Notes under the pieces: model-generated
Told to the model about the DNA's origin: nothing
What the model saw: the letters and a program-made list of their open reading frames with translations, nothing else
The model's database searches: none
In this document: positions 25,226 through 25,818 of the stretch, one piece after another
Position numbering within the stretch: the first letter of the stretch is position 1
Layout of the letters: the number at the start of each line of letters is the position of its first letter
Program-made: the position numbers and the translations under genes
Assembly: GCA_038523235.1 (NCBI GenBank)
Contig: JBCBJQ010000086.1
Span: 1 to 25,818, forward strand
Length of the DNA stretch: 25,818 nucleotides
Source of the DNA: Cyanobacteria bacterium J06626_4
GTDB lineage: Bacteria > Cyanobacteriota > Cyanobacteriia > Phormidesmidales > Phormidesmidaceae
Direction of reading: 5' to 3'

Positions 25226-25818
25226 CTCCCCTCTATGAGCCAACTGTGCGCGTCCTGCGATTCCTCTAGAGCTCTCATGAAGTCAGAGATTGGTGAGGAG
25301 CCGGTTGAATAGCGTCATAAAGCTCTAAAGATCAGTTTTCTAAATGCTAAAAATTCTCAATAGATTTAGGGCTGATGATATGAGACCTTAGTTAATAGGT
25401 CAGTGCGCTAGCCCTGTCGCTGCTGCTTCTGAAGCTCTGGCCTTCAAAGTATGTCAGCAATTCTAACGACAGCTTTAGAACATCACTGCTAATAGCTGTT
25501 GCCCAGTTGTGGCGAAGTCCCTGAATCGGCCAGCCATTGCTCTTGACGAGCGTCGCCAACATTTTCATGATAGGGCTCGTGTGGCGATCGCTGGCTTCCT
25601 CAACAGCCACAAAGGCGTTTGTCCGGAACCGTTTTCATAGAGTTACTGGTTCCTTTTATATCGGCAGCCGTCTCAAAACGACCCCAGCTTAGAATAAAAA
25701 ATTAATGGCCGCTGCATCTGACCGTTAGGCTGCATCCTCCTAAGTAGGTAGGTACAAGCATCTTGCAGACGGGTTTCGGCTCCGCTCAACCCTCAACGTT
25801 TGACTTGGCAAGCAATAT

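Larger units (their letters stand above)
1..25818. repeat. Dispersed HIP1 octamer GCGATCGC (cyanobacterial signature)
   Basis: Many copies seen by eye (e.g. near 117, 1211, 2137, 3923, 12843, 13726, 15361, 17284, 23555, 24902), far more than expected for a random 8-mer. Confidence 0.95.

Noticed and set aside
25392..25610. 72-aa minus-strand ORF MAVEEASDR...
   Set aside because: GTG start, no motif and no supporting context; cannot be supported as a gene from sequence alone.

Overview
Chromosomal window from a cyanobacterium, indicated by the HIP1 octamer GCGATCGC recurring throughout; a filamentous Leptolyngbya-like host is an inference. The left part (1-7.6 kb) holds a partial, divergent MtnA-like isomerase and a nitrogen-scavenging unit: GntR/FCD regulator plus a GGCT/allophanate-hydrolase-C-like protein, divergent from an M20 ureido-amidohydrolase, with a candidate NtcA box and GntR operator. 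It also holds wbaP, an O-antigen ligase-like gene and ilvE. The centre (7.7-22 kb) looks like a partly decaying dehydration/osmotic-stress region. It contains an IS630 remnant, a bacterial topoisomerase IB, a MITE-like element, pmp3/yqaE (missing from the ORF track), a csbD-like gene broken by a nonsense codon, a 'low-temperature-induced'-type secreted protein, a single-domain receiver, DUF2294 and a truncated hydrolase. It ends in a five-gene signalling cluster: a 5xPAS hybrid kinase, an OrrA-like NarL regulator, a kinase with an ETR1-like ethylene-binding membrane domain, an Rcp-type receiver and a REC-kinase. The main hunt result is a degenerate 7-2-7 box (consensus TCTATCT-N2-AGATAGA) lying exactly 22 nt before a -10-like hexamer in five promoters of this region, which suggests an autoregulated NarL/OrrA-type regulon. 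The right part (22-25.8 kb) holds a transglutaminase-like gene and a Fur-box-headed run of an unannotated 38-aa ORF, an LCM-type methyltransferase, a hypothetical protein and a Cys4 membrane protein. No rRNA, tRNA or CRISPR array was seen. All family calls are from motif recognition by eye; no database searches were run.
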